Positions 11,400-25,734 are shown, numbered from the stretch's first letter. The stretch: 64,000 bases of DNA from the human T2T-CHM13v2.0 reference genome, Homo sapiens (GCF_009914755.1 NC_060927.1); one strand, 5' to 3'. Made by a program: numbers and translations. The notes: generated from the letters alone by a model not told the origin.

Positions 11400-12480
11400 T
11401 AATCTTGCATATTTCAATCTATTTGGTGACCTTAAATCTATTCCCCATTCCATAATCATACCTAATCAAGTAACTTTTCTTTATCTCAAATTCTCCATTT
11501 GCTCTCTTCTCTGTTTATTTGCATGACTTTCTCTCTACCTAACAGGTCTCAAATTCATTGCTAAACTTACAATAAGAATAGTCCCCACTTAAAAAAAATC
11601 ATCGCCTTATCAGCCCTTTAAAATTTTCCAATCTAACTTTCTCAATTATTATTCTGAAATGACCAATTTCCCTACTTATCTAATCCAATGAAATGGAAAT
11701 CTTCCTCAACTTCTGCAGTACTAACAATATCAGCTCCACTTTTCTTCTTAAAAATTCCTTTCTCTTCCATTATCATGCATATTCTTTCTTCCCTTTATCC
11801 TAAATTTTTGTTCTCTCCATGCACTTTTCTTTTAGATTCTTTTGTTTCTCTATTCTTTTTCCCTCAAAATTTGTATATCACCTCAACAGAAGACCAATGT
11901 TTACTTTTTGATCACTTCTGAAATTAAAATTCTAGTTTTTAATTTACTAAAGACTATCTCTTTCAGGATTTATAACTAATATTCCAAATTCAACATAAAT
12001 TTTAAATATGCCCATATTTCTGTTTAGTGGATGAAAATAGGGCCTTTTATTTCTGTTAATAATATTTCCAGTCCTCAATTTATGCAAATTGTATCTTGAA
12101 CTCATCACTTTATGTATGTATGCAGCTATATATCTATGTATTTATTTATTTACATTTATTGTTTTGGAACCTGTCATTTCAGATTGTGTAGCATTTAACT
12201 TTTTGATGTACTTGGATTAACCTGATCCCATTCTTTATTTGTATTTATTCACCTGGACATGGTCCTCTAATTCTCTCTGCCCATAACACCTATTGATGCC
12301 CCACCTTCATGGTCTTCAACTGCTCTGTACATTCTTCTCTTCAAAGTATTTGCTATTTGCTACTATTTACAATGACATCCTTTTGCTCTTAGATTAAGGC
12401 CAACATTCTTGACATGTCAACAAAGTCCTATAAAATTTGGCCTACACCTACCACTTAAATTTCATCTAAAGCTACTCTTT
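11400..12480 (+). mobile_element. Highly degraded L2 fragments
   Basis: Pyrimidine-rich L2-like motifs (AATGACCAATTTCC...AATCCAATG...TCTTCCTCAACTTCTGCAG). Confidence 0.4.
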
Positions 12481-12499
12481 CCTTTTCCATTTGCAAAGA

Positions 12500-12720
12500 G
12501 AAGCAGTAAGTGGTTACAGAACAAACTCTGCCTCCAGTCTGTGCTTTGATCCAAACCTAGCTCTGCAACTTAGTAGTTAATTTGGCTAAGTTTCTTATCC
12601 TTTCTGTGCCTCAGTTTTCTGACAGGTGATCAAAAATCTGATAGCAATGGTAGTTACTTATTGAATTAATCAGTATATGAGAACAATTCCCAGAAAATAA
12701 TAGTTATAATATTGTTATGA
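12500..12720 (+). mobile_element. MIR SINE
   Basis: GCTCTGCAACTTAGTAG...GGCTAAGTTTCTTATCCTTTCTGTGCCTCAGTTTTCT core. Confidence 0.7.
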
Positions 12721-12799
12721 CAACTTGGAGATATTCCTGCAATCTTATATTTTATCTTCTATTCATTATGTTTTTTCTTTCTTTTTTTCCCTCCCTTTC

Positions 12800-14520
12800 T
12801 TAATCTTTTATTAATTCATCAAGTTTAACTTCCCTCTTCATCTTTTCCCTCAACTGGTCTTGAAGTTATTCATAAATTTTCTATTCATTTACTGGTTATT
12901 CTTATTTCTGTTTATTTATTGACTACTTTTAAAAGATGTATATCTGATTTAACGAAGTCTTAACTAAACAATATCTCTGACCTTCTCCTGAGAAAGAGAA
13001 GAATCTTTGAATGTCTTAACTCGATCATCACTCACTTTCCATATTGTTGTCATCCAGTGTGGTAGTCCCACTCTGATTTTACCACCTTGAACAAGTTGTT
13101 GTTACTGTTATTATTATTTGCAGTTATTGGATATACAATATTTACTCATTTAACGCATTACAATTAATTTCCTTGAATTCTAGTCCTTCACTTTTCTTCT
13201 AAGTAAGGACCATCTTTTATTACAGTTCCTTCTGCAAATCTATGTAAGTGGAAAACTTTGTAAAATAGAGTATTTATTTCACACTTGCTCTTGAATAACA
13301 AATTTCCTGGGAATGAAAATTTTAGTTTTATAGGCTTTTTTGTCAGCATGTTGAAGATATTATTCCAACGTTTTCTGATATGTATTCTTGCTAATGAGTC
13401 TGTGATATGTATTGAAAAGATGTGAGCTGTCAGTTGTCAGTCCTTTGTGGATAATCTCTTTTTTGTGGGAAGTAATTTGTGAGGTTGTTGTATTTTTGTT
13501 TGTTTATGTAATATGTAACTATTAAGTTTTGTTTTACTTTGTTCTTTCTGGGACTCAGTGAATATCTTTAATCTGAAGAGCCATGTACCTCTTTATCTTT
13601 GGAAAATTCTTAGCCATTATCTTTTAAAAAGTGTTTCTCAGGCATCACTTTCAGCCAACATACTCATGTGTTTTTTACTGTCTTTCTATCTTTAATGCCT
13701 TTTAATTGCTCTTTTATGTATTTTTTGACTCTATAGCTAATTCTTTTTATACTGACTTTTAAAATTTTTTATTAGTTATTTTTTAATTAAGGTATAGTTG
13801 AAAAATTGCATTGTACATTTTACAGTGTACAATGTGATGTTTTCATATATGTATAGATTGTAAAATGGTTAAATGCAGCTAATTACTGTATGCATTACCT
13901 CACCTACTTATCTGCCTTTGTTGTAAGAATATTTAACATCTACTCTCTCAGCAATTTTCATGTGTACATGTTATTATTAACTATAGTCATCATGCTGTAT
14001 AATAGATCTCCTGACCTTATTACTTTCAATTTACCCTTTCATTTATTTCTGATATGCCCATTAATCTATCATACAGATTTTATTTTAATTACAATATTTT
14101 CATATCCAAACATTTGATTTGTTTTTTTAAAACATATGTATTTCATTCTCTCTTATTATCACTCCCTACTTCATCCTTCCTTATTTATCACTTTGGTTTT
14201 CTTCTTTAATTTTTATATTTCTGTCTAGGTTTTATGTATATTTTTGGTAATTTCTTTCTCTTTAATCCCTAAAGTAATATTAGATAAAGTTATGACCCAT
14301 TCAAGATTGTTCCAATAACTCCAGGACTAGGGGTGCTCTGGCTTTTTAAAACTTCAGTTACTCACATAATGTTTCATTTGGTTGTGTTATTTGTACTCTT
14401 TTTTATGGCAATTTCTTTTCCGTGGGTGTCCTGTATGTCTTTAATTATGGGAGGTTCTCTATTGTGGTTATTTTTTAAAAAAATTCAATGATTTTATGAT
14501 AATTCCTCAACTTGCTATTC
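12800..14520 (-). mobile_element. Degraded L1ME/HAL1-like sequence
   Basis: T-rich antisense L1 motifs (TTGAAGATATTATTCCA, TCTTTAATCTGAAGA, GGAAAATTCTTAGCCATTATCT). Confidence 0.5.
13780..14025 (-). mobile_element. L1MA8-10-like 3' end nested in the older L1
   Basis: GTGTACAATGTGATGTTTT...AACATCTACTCTCTCAGCAATTTTCA...ATTAACTATAGTCATCATGCTGTATAATAGATCTC. Confidence 0.75.
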
Positions 14521-14557
14521 ATGCCTTATATAAGTAAATTTGTAATCCTTGTACCAT

Positions 14558-14611
14558 ACACACACACACATGCACACACACACACACGCGCACACACACA
14601 CACACACACAC
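14558..14611. repeat. (CA)n microsatellite with TG/CGCG interruptions
   Basis: Read directly from the sequence. Confidence 0.95.
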
Positions 14612-15113
14612 TGTGACTGTTTGCTTTACCATTGTATTCTCAGCAGCAGAGACTTTACGGCAGAGTATTTTTTTTTGGTAAATTTTGTTTGATGAAAGTT
14701 TGCATGGTTATTCTGTATATTCCATAAATAAATAATTAAATCTACTGTAGAAAATTGAGAGCTACCTTCTAGTCTAAAAAATGTTCTGTATTTTGCAATT
14801 GTCATGTCCTACTGAAACTGCTCACTCTCTCAATCTTGGCAACCTAAAATCTCTTAAGGGTTTACTCCAAAGAAAGACATTTTTTAAAAGAAGGCTTTGC
14901 TAACCTTAAATATATATGCTTTGTAAATAAATTAAATCTTTCTATTTAATACAAATTTTATTTAGAAATGGCCTGATTTTTCATTTTGACATACTCAGTC
15001 TTTAATTATTCCTTGCTCTCTGCATTTTCCTAGAACTTTGGGGATACACAGAGTAAGCCCCTTACTCTGACACTATGACATGATTTTGTTAGACATGTCA
15101 TAGAAACTCCATG

Positions 15114-15468
15114 CAGAGGTTCAATTCATTGATCATGGATGAATTCAGGTGACATACATGTTAGTTTGGCACACAAGTTTTAAAAATTAACATGGAATTT
15201 GTTTCAAATATTTAAATATTCATCCATTGAAAATCCTAATATATATTACTTTGGGAGAGTGGATGTGAAAAAAACCAAATAATATAGCAGTGACAAGCCT
15301 GCATTTCTACCTTTTCACTGTTGCTGAAAACTGACTTGCAGCTGCCCTGTATGAATGGTTTATGTCCAATCAAGTTTGCCACAGTGTTCACCACTTCTTC
15401 ATGAGTTAGACTATGTCATTCACTCACCTATAGTTCTGCCTGGCTCCTGTAATATTTAAAGTCTGAGG
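15114..15468. mobile_element. MER102-like hAT-Charlie DNA transposon fossil
   Basis: GCAGCTGCCC...AGTTTGCCACAGTGTTCACCACT...TTCACTCA...CTGCCTGGCTCCTGTA resembles MER102. Confidence 0.6.
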
Positions 15469-17268
15469 ATGTGGATTTGGAACATTCTTCGCCACTCAAT
15501 ATTGACAATTATTATTGGCTTAAGCCACAGGATAAAATTTTTATGTACTGTATCCATTTGTAATCAGTTTATTGAGTATGTAAGAATTAATACACATTCA
15601 GTTCTAAATATAGCCATCTATATCTTAACTGAATTATATTGCTCATCTTGTATTAATTTTCTCTCCCAAAAAACAGAGTTATTATAGAAACATATGATTT
15701 TACACATACATTTAAGTCAACAACAATGCAAAATTTGCCTAATCTGCCTTGGGTATTACTAGATTCATTTGGTAACTTAGTAAATATCTGTGTACTATAA
15801 CCAAATATGATAAATTCTATGGAGAGATGAGAATTGTAATGAAAACTGAATGTCTGACAACTGATTAGATAATTGCATATTCTACTAAAAACTGACAAAA
15901 TAATACATCTGAAATGTTGTTAGAGTTGTCGCCTAAATAAAGGCATGGAGCCAATTGCACAGCAAGATAACATTTGGATTCTAAACAAGTAGTGTCATTA
16001 CTAGTTTTGTTTGTTATAAAGGAAAAGAGCCCACCTGGTTTTAAAATACATTTAAACATATTAGTGCTTATATTCTTAGCGTCTCCCATTTTAGTAAAAG
16101 CAAAGTTATAGAAATTAATGCATAAGATATTAGAAAAGATATACATTACTTTTTCTCAGTAAGTCTTTAATTCCTTAGTTGCATGAGGCCATACTATTTG
16201 TAGAGGATGAGTGACAGAAGGGTTGCTAAGACTAAGATCTGTGGGAGTGCTCTAAATGGATATGGGAACCATCAAGAATAATAATAAATGAAATCTTAAA
16301 ATGCCAGTCTCAGGGTCTCTGTAGTTATATTTCCCAATTATCCCAAGACAGTGCCTGTTTCTTAGGACAGTGCCATAGGGAGCCTTTCACCTACCATGCA
16401 GTCTTTGATAGAGGATGAGATTATGGACAGTACTGAAAGAACATAATCAATATTCAGCCAGGACATAGATTTAAAAAATATATATATGATCTCAGTTCAT
16501 GCTACCACTTTGCAGAGAGCTCAATAAAAGATGGAACAAATAATCTGTTTCTTAGCATTCAAAAAGAGAGTTCGCTTTATGCCGTCTAACCTTGTCTGAA
16601 CACATTTGTGCTTTTAATGTTTTGCAAAGATAGATCATCGGAAAATGGCAGAGATACAGTGAATGTGACAGTATGTTTGCTCCCTGGTTGGAACCTTGAT
16701 TATACTCAACAAGGGTCTGCTGCAAGCGCTATTTTGCCATCCAGCTCTTTTTATTTTCTACAGCAGGATACTAGATATATAACAGCAATAAACATGAAAG
16801 ATAATGCTAATATTTCTCTTCCCTGAAATGAATGCAAAAGAGTTCTGTGAAAATGCTTCCACAGTAATTCATAGATACCCTTATTTAACAATTACTTTTC
16901 AAATATAATCTCATTGTTCTTTAATTGATTGTATTATTTTTTATCTATTAGACTAGAAAAAATAAACACAGAATTATATTTCTTGGGATCCCTTTCAGAT
17001 TTGGAAACAACAAAAAAATCCTACCCTTTTTATTTTCCTCAAGCCTTGGATAACTTCCAAGTCAAGCACCTTGGAGTTAAAGGCGCTCTCCATTGCTTCA
17101 CCTATCTATGATTTTTCCCTTTGTTTCAGGGTATTCTGGTTCTCAGCACTGATACTGGTAAAGACAAAGTACATATAAATAGAGAAGTTGATTTTATATC
17201 ATGAATGTCTTTTGAATGAAGCGAGGTTAATAAGTTTGGTTTATCAAGTTCAAACACATGTTGTTTTT

Positions 17269-17579
17269 AAATTTTTATTTATTTGTTTGTTTTTGAGATG
17301 GGGTTTCTGTTGCCTAGCTTGGAGTTCAATGGTGATCATAGCTCACTGTAGCCTTGACCTCCTGGGCTTAAGTGATCCTCCCACCTCAGCCCCTGAGTAG
17401 CTGAGACCACAGACGCATGCCACCATGTTCAGCTCATTATTATTATTATTATTATTATATTGAAGAGACAGGGTCTCCCTACATTGCCCAGGCTGGTCTC
17501 CAACCCCTAGGCTCAACTAATCCTCCTGCTTTGGTCTCCCAAAACATTGGGATTACAGGGATGGGCCATTGCACCTGGG
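17269..17579 (-). mobile_element. AluJ with (TTA)n in the middle A-rich linker
   Basis: Full dimer in reverse complement; J-type GATCATAGCTCACTGTAGCCTTGACCTCCTGGGCT; degraded TSD AACACATGTTGTTTTT / AACATATGCTTTTTT. Confidence 0.92.
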
Positions 17580-18794
17580 AACATATGCTTTTTTATTTTA
17601 AGCTGACCTTGACAAAAATGTGTGCTTTTTTAGTCCATGTTTGGACTAAAAAATGTGTGCTAATTTAGTAATTACCTACTAAATACTACATAAATCTGTA
17701 GCACAAATAAACTTTTTTCCTAATATAAAAATACAAAATATCAATAGTTTAAAACATTTCATTTTCTGTTTTATAATAAATTGTGTTAAAAGTAACAATG
17801 CATATGATAAAACAGAAAACTTTAATTGTGAATTTTCTCCTTCAAGCACAAGATAGAGGATATTAATATGGAATAACTACCCACAGAAACTTTCATAACA
17901 TTTTAAGTTTGCTAGTAACCAAGGAAGAAGTTAGTCTAGGTTGCCATGATTCCTCATCATGGCTTTTTTTTAAGGGATTTTTATAAGATGTCTCATCAAC
18001 TTTACATTTGGTAACATCATCATTCTTAATATCACCATCATGCCTTGTCAAATATTTATATAGAAAAACCTACCAGGGTGAAGAGGTGAACTGAAAACGT
18101 GCCAAGGATTAATTGAGGTGTCCTAACCTTCAGAGTACTGATGTAAACATATAGCTTCCTACATAGGTATGAATTTGAAAGAAAATAATCACTCTTCCTT
18201 CTAGAAATATAGGTCTGTAATCACCTTTTCAAGTCAATTTTGCTGTATTTCAGGGACGGCTTGGAGAAATTTGATTACATGCAAAGTAGTAACAAAATAT
18301 GTATTTTCTATCTATGTTAGGGTACATACAATCACTCAAGTGTAGGAGGTTTTCTGGGGTCACACAAGTAATGGTGTTTAGAGTAGGTAGATAAACTTGC
18401 ATCCTGTCATAGTTAACACAGGATTTTATAGTGGCACCAAGGAACAGAGTTGTGCATTCACTAGGAGTGGAGGCGGTGTGCTAGAAGAAATAGTCTCTAT
18501 GTTTAAAGACTATTTTAGATCAACCTGGAACACAATTTCAGAGCCCAAAGTCAGGTCCAGAGGAATTCTGAGGTTATCTAGAAATACATTAGAGGAATTA
18601 GTAGCTTTAGCTCCATTGTGTTTCACTGGGCACTATAGTATTTGGAATAAGGCACTAGCTATGTATAGTATAACATATATAATTATAGTATAATTTATAT
18701 TGTCTAGTATAACAACATAAATTCATTATAATAAAAATGAAAAGGGGTATTTGGACAATTGATATTACTGGAAACATTGTGTGATTTATATCTA

Positions 18795-19040
18795 ACAAGA
18801 GGCAGCATAGTATAAAGACTAAGAACTCTAACTTTGAAATCAGATGGCCACAAGCCAGAGCTGCCATTGCTATTTATGTGGATGTGAGCAAGTAATATAA
18901 TCCCTTTATGCCTTAGTTTTCCATTTGTAAAAATTCAATTATAACAACACCTATCTTATAAGATTGTTATGAAAACAAATGAGTTTATACTTACAAAGAA
19001 CTTAGAATTGTGCATGGACTATACATATGTTAATTATGTA
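18795..19040 (+). mobile_element. MIR SINE
   Basis: GAGGCAGCATAGTATA...GAGCAAGTAATATAATCCCTTTATGCCTTAGTTTTCCATTTGTAAAA...ACCTATCTTATAAGATTGTTATGA. Confidence 0.75.
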
Positions 19041-19061
19041 AAACAAATAATCACAAGACCA

Positions 19062-19190
19062 TATATAGGCATATATGTTACTTATATATAAATATAAGTA
19101 TATATATATATAAACTATATATATAAATATATAAATATACATATATAAAATGCACTATTATTTATATTGTTTCTATTATTTTATATGTAA
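19062..19190. repeat. (TA)-rich low-complexity tract
   Basis: Read directly from the sequence. Confidence 0.8.
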
Positions 19191-19837
19191 TTGAAGAAAT
19201 TACCATTAAATACAAACTATTTTCTCATGACAGAAAAAAAGAGACTTAAATATAATAAACTCAAACCCAGTAGTGTATTAGTTATCTTCATTAATTCAAT
19301 AAGAATGGGGAAACTAAATTTTATAATGAAATACTGTAAGTCGGTAAGTTGCAGGTATAAAATAGTAATTACATTGGTGGGATATCTGGAGAATAGTATG
19401 ATACTTTGTCTCATATTTTTTCATGATTTTTCAGGGGATTTATTGAAAAAATAGAAGTACTACATTGTAACACCTCCTAGAGTGACTTGCTGATAGTATG
19501 TGTTACACTTGATGGAAAAATGAGAGTCAAATGGTAGAATTTCTAGGGAGGAAGAATTTGTAAAATACATGTGAGACCATTCAAAGGAATGTTTCAATTA
19601 GAACATGCTCAAATAAGAGACAGTGATTCCCTTGTCTGAGGGACAAGCAGAGGTTGGAGGCCTTTTATTATTAATAGATAACGTTGTAGAGGGAAATTCA
19701 AGTTTTGTATAGAGTGTTTGTTAGAATAGACAATTTTTCATATTTAACTTAGTCATATTTCACTTAGTGAATGGATATGGTGACTACACTATAAGGCATG
19801 TAGTGAAGTTTTTTGTTCGTTTTATTTCTTGTTCTTA

Positions 19838-20115
19838 TATTTTTAAATATTTAATTGACACATAAAGATGGACTATATTCAAGGTGTACAATGTGGTGAC
19901 TTGGTATATGTATTCATTGTGTAATGATTACCACAGTCAAATTAATCAACACATCCATCAGCACTCATGCTGTACGTGAGATATCCAGAACTTGTTCATC
20001 TTATAACGGAACGTTTTTACTCTTTGAGCAACATCTCCCCATTTCTTCCACATTCCGTCTCCAGCCCCTGACAACCACTGTTCTACTCTCTACTTCTATG
20101 TATACAATATTTTTA
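19838..20115 (-). mobile_element. L1MA9/10-like 3' end
   Basis: TTCAAGGTGTACAATGTG...AATGATTACCACAGTCAAATTAAT...CCAGCCCCTGACAACCACTGTTCTACTCTCTACTTCTATG. Confidence 0.8.
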
Positions 20116-21544
20116 GTGTTCTTCCTAAGACAGAATTCCTAGAACTATATGAGGATGGAAAAAAATTGTCAAAATAAAATTGAAAATGTGGAAGATTAAT
20201 TATCCTATGATGCATATAGTTAAAACAATCTCACATGGACACAAACATATACATAAGAACACATACATGTATACATCTATATACACAGACATGTATGTAG
20301 ATGTACGGAATGATCTATGTGTGTATATATACATATCATTAGCAATAAATACAGTGTTTGCTATCAGAGAAATATAATTTTAGTAATTGAAATGCACATA
20401 TTTTGTCACATTACTATTTTGTAAAGGAAATTTGAAATTCTTATATGCATTATTATATTGTCAGGCAAGAAATAATTCAGCTATGTTAACTGAGCAACCA
20501 CCTTGAATGCAAATGTTTCTTAAATTTCAGGAGAAAAATATAATAAGTCATGTTTCATTTGATATTTCTAGTAGGCTTACAATTTAAAGGTTGAATTTGG
20601 AGAGTCCAAAAAGTCATAAAAAGAGAAGTTAAAAAGACATGCCAAATGCTGAAAGCCAAATCTTTTTTCCATAGTCCTAAAATTTTTGTTGTCTTGTGCT
20701 ATTTACTTCTCCAAGTACTCACGTTTTAAGATTGCTTAAGAAGCAGGTGAGAAGAACTATATTCTTACAGTTTAGTGTATGACAAATAGTAAGTGTTCAG
20801 TGCTAGTTATTATGAGTGATGAACTTGCGTTGTAAATACTGGGTCATGGCATATAGGTTAGTCTGTGATTTCTGTGATTAATCTGTGGACTCAAAGAAGA
20901 CTACTTATCTTTGTGATTCTAATATATATGTGACTGCTTTTTGAAACCACAAAGGAAAGAAGGAAAATAAAATGAAGAAAAAGTGAATTTTCTAATTTTC
21001 TGTCATAATCAGCTTGTATTATACACTTGTGATAGAGCAACATATTTTATCTAAACATATTAACTCTAAACATTAATTTCTCAACTTAAAATATTGATTC
21101 TGGATGCATGTGAATGGGATTAAATAATTGAGGGGCTACTAAACTGTTAAAAGAATTATTCTTGGATATAAGATAGGCCTGTTCAATATATGTAGGTTGT
21201 ACCCTCTAGTGACTACCACATACTCTGTACTTTAAGTAGAGTTGAAATATAAGATGGGTATTTTTTTGGGGGTCAATCTGCACATTCTGGTGACTTCAGT
21301 GGTTGAGTATCAAAATATTCTTATTTCAGATGATTAAGAACAAAAGCTCCAGAATTGCATACTATTTTTACACTTTCCAACCAACAGAGGGTGATGGGAT
21401 GTCCCATATATGCTAGATTTCCAAGCCATAATAGTTCTTGTAGTCAACAATTAAACAATCATTAGAAAACATGGATCACTCGAAAAGTAGGAGTGAAAAT
21501 ACTGTGGTAAAACGTCATCTCAAAGAAAAATAACAGCACACACT

Positions 21545-21750
21545 TTTAGAACATGTATGGAACAGTTTATAAAGCACTTTCCATATATCACTACATTTAA
21601 GCCTAAGAGCAAACCTGAGACAGTAGACAGAGGTGAAATCATTATCTTACCAAAGGGAACCAAATAATTAGTGAAGCTAGATTCAAGATCAATCATTTAA
21701 GACATAACTAAACCTATAATCCAGGTGTTTTGGTTTGTAGTTCACATTTT
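21545..21750 (-). mobile_element. MIR SINE (degraded)
   Basis: ACAGTTTATAAAGCACTTTCCATATATCA...AAACCTGAGACAGTAG. Confidence 0.5.
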
Positions 21751-24700
21751 GCCCTCTCATATTGTCTTTCTTCTTACATGACTCTATTATATTGAATTCA
21801 CACTATCATCAAAGTGCAGGCTCTTTAAGATAGAAATCATCTTAGAAATTATGGGTATAAATGTACATACATGCTCTGAATAAAATTGTGCACTCACATT
21901 ATCATATAAGTTGGAGACTATGTACACACGAAACTAATATTTAGTAGAGAAATTGGAAAAATGACATTTGATCTGGAGATAATTAATACTTAACTCTTGT
22001 CAAATAACACCATACTGAAGCATGGAATAAAAGTATTTATTAGAAATATGTGAAGCTTATTCAGACTTTTAAAAAAATCACGTTTTCTTTAAAAGGCATC
22101 TATATATAACTCATGGTAATTCTCAGACCTAAATTCTAGAACTTAAAGTTCCAAAAATAAAATTAATTATCTGAATAGACTATGTAGACATAAAGGTATT
22201 GAATTTTAAATAGGAATAAGTTATTTCAGCAAGAATATTTTCTAAAGAAATGATAATTGCAAACTCTATCTCATAAGGCCATTATAAAACTTTTAATGAA
22301 TGAATTAAAAACAGTTACGAGTGAAAAGAAGTGGGCCGAGAGACTGCTGTAATGTCAAAATTGAACAAGTACTGGTTCTGCTTTGTCTACAGTAGGGCAA
22401 ATGGAGAACAAAATTCATCAATAATTTCCTGTAGGAATTGCATTATTTTGATAAAATGTGTTCAATATCCACTTCATTATTTTCTGATCTGGTATAAAAT
22501 TAAACATCACCAGTGAAAGTAAACAAAAATTTAAATCAAACGACTAATGTTATACAGAAAGAAAACCCATAGTGCCTGCTCATCTCAATGTATCCACACC
22601 ATAAGACAGGGTGAGAAAAAAAATAAAATAAAAAACATAATAATCTCAATGTAATTTTGTAAAGAAACTCACATTTATAGAAGCGATAGTCCATTTTTAA
22701 AAGTACCAGAGTATTTTGCTTAAAGAATGGTCAGAACTGTACATCAGAGTCTATATTTTAAATAAAAATGAACACTTGAAAAATGTCAGTGTCAAATGTT
22801 TTTTATTAAAAAACATTCAGAAACAAAGCTTCAGATGATGATAATTTTTAATGGCATATGTTCTTGTTTCAAAAGTTTATATATATTATTAAAAAGAACA
22901 AGAATATAAACAAGATGATAATGTTAGTGGTGTGTTCATAAAAGTGTTACAGGGTTGATACTAAGTACATGTTTAAAAATGAAAAATTAATTGCTAATTC
23001 TTGATATGCATTATACATATTATTTAAACCATCATATAAATCATTATTTTTAAGAAAAATTTCCAAAACCTCCTTTTCCTTTCTTAATATTAACTTTCAG
23101 TTACGTTGTTTTGGTACCGGTAGTTTATTAGTCATTTAGTAATTCACTACTCATAGTACTGAGAAATTGAGAGCTGTCTTCTCATTGTCCATGAAAATAT
23201 GTGTTTCTAGCCACTCACATAATAAAGCATTTTACTACATGTTCATAATTTGTATCAAGTTTAAGTATACTAACATACACTATAAAGTCCCCAAAGATAA
23301 AATGACATTAGATTCTTTCAATTAAAAAAAACTAGACTATCTTTCAGTTTCTACTTTAGTTTCTCAATATTTAAAATCCTGCCTTAAATTATAGGGATAT
23401 AAACTAAAGTTTAAGCATAAAAATGCATAAAAATGGACAAGATATATGAAAAACAGTATTTGCATAAAGCATTATTACTATTAATGCCTATTAAAACATG
23501 TTTGATCCTTCAATGAAATGAGTAAGTAATATGTAAATTTTAGGAAAGGTCATGGCCGCTCTAATTCATGCAGCCTTCATGTTTTCCAGGTGGTATATTA
23601 AAAAGGTTCAGATGAAACATTCTCTGACCAAAATAAGTCCAGTATCTCCCCAGTTGGATAGAGTAATTAAGAATCTCTGTTTATTTAAATATTCAACTTT
23701 TTCTTAACCTTTTCTAGACTATTGACCATGAACTGGCAGTTTATCTTGGGATATATTTTAGTTTACTACCTCCAAAGAAAAACCTTTCTGAATAGAGCCA
23801 AGCAAATCAGGGCCCAGAGTTGAGGGTGCGTATCTAAATTTTAGAATTGAAGAGTTATGCCTCACCTTACATGAAAATGCTGAAACCATAGAAGAAAATT
23901 TCCATAGAAGAAAATCGACTTATAGTGTGCCCAAACGCTTTGCCTGAAAACCCATTCTTTTTTTATAATTAAATAGCCATATACTACCCTGTAATAGAGC
24001 TTTTAAATGACACATTTTTTTCCGATAGGATTTTTTTTTTTGCTTTCCTTAAATTCTTGTGAAAAAGAAGCTTGCTATAGATATTGATGCAAACTTCTCC
24101 AGTCCTCCCCCTCCTGCTAAGATGCTGCCATTGCATTAATACGATAGGTCAATCATTTGATGGGCATCATGACTTTAAAAAAAATTCCCACACTCAGATG
24201 GCTGTCAGTGGTGGTGCCAGTGAACCGTTATGCAAAGCCCCCAAACACTTTGTAAACTCGAATCTTTGAGCACAATAGTAAAGTTCAGTTCTGGAAAAAG
24301 ATAGTGTACTGAATACACAATACCGAGCTTTGTCTGTTCGGGGCTTCTGTTGAGGGAGAAGGTTACTTAATCTCCACATTTGCCCTGGGGATTCTAACAG
24401 TTTTAATGTGTCCTTTTTGAGATTCTGTGAACTGTAGAATATATGCTGGTAACAACTTTCTTTGGGGCTTTCCTCGGAAAAGCCCAAAGCTGCCAACACA
24501 AGAAAGCTGACATAGTGGTGCTAACAAACACAATAGAGACCTTTAGCTGTTTTTGCAAACTGCCTGGCTAAAGTTTCATGTCATGTCTTGATGAAGGATC
24601 TCATTCTTTGGCTCATTTCGTAGAATCTAGCTTTTGTGACAGTTTGGAAAGGATGGCTTCTTCATCAATTTGGGAAAGTATAGGAAAATTTGATGCAACG

Positions 24701-25620
24701 TCAAGAAAATTTATAATACTTAAAGGATTAAATGATATAATTAACAATAGTGACATTTAATGCTATATTACCATTTGCCTACATTGGTCTTTTAGCCAAG
24801 ACTATTTTTAGAGTCTATTAATATCATTTTCTTAAATGGGATGTTTTGGTGAAATGGCAATATTATTTTTCTATTATCATTCACTATTAGAAATATACAA
24901 AAGAAAATATTACCTAGAAAGCTAACTTTAAAGTGTCCTTATAAATTCAAAGACTTTTAAGCAATTGTAATTATTACTTAACCATTTGGAAAATGATGTA
25001 TTTCATTCAAATGTATACTTCTAAGATGCTAAAAAGAAATTCCATAGCTAGAAGAAATAACTGTTCTAACTGTATAAACAGCAATCCTATTCCTGGCTTG
25101 ACTAAATTTACATGAGTCAATCCATCTATATACTGGAAATTTGCCATCCAGAAAAGTCATATATTGTCTATACTTATTATGCATTTATGATACTCATTAA
25201 AGGTTGAGCAAATCATATATATGTGTGTGTGCAAAGTAGAAATTTTAAGAGGGAAGTAAAGATGCATTTTTACAAGCATAACACCTAATAAATCTCATAA
25301 TATTGGATGCATTATAAGTTCAATATATGATAATCACCACATAGATGAAAATGAATTTTCTTAAAATAAGAAAATAAATATTTACAAGAGTGTGGATTAA
25401 TGAAGTGAGATAGAAGAGACCAAATGTAGAAATGTTCATAGTGGATAAGGGAAAATGCTCCAGAGCCTCAAGTGTGGTTCAAAATCCCAAATTCCAGTTC
25501 ATACTGGGGAGAAATCCCAGTTAGTTGTCTCTATGCCTGCCCCACCCAGTGTCTTACTATGTTACCCTCAAATCTCTCCCCAACACCTTCTCACTCCCAT
25601 GCCTCTTGGCTCACTGTGTA

Positions 25621-25734
25621 CTCACTTGTATGGTATGGAGAGAGGCAGGTTGAACCTCACTTGTATGGTATGGAGAGAGGCAGGTTGATGGTGTGGAGAG
25701 AGGCAGGTTGATGGTGTGGAGGGAGGCAGGTTGA
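25621..25734. repeat. Short compound minisatellite (35-bp and 23-bp units)
   Basis: Four copies of TGGTRTGGAGRGAGGCAGGTTGA; the first two are preceded by CTCACTTGTA. Confidence 0.92.

Noticed and set aside
17130-17157. Possible plus-strand 28-nt micro-exon (TTTTTCCCTTTGTTTCAG|G...CTG|GTAAAG)
   Set aside because: Weak donor, frame-shifting length, no recognisable peptide and no partner exons; such matches are common by chance
25621-25734. Repeats resembling a CRISPR array
   Set aside because: Units abut without unique spacers, the DNA is primate, and there are no cas genes
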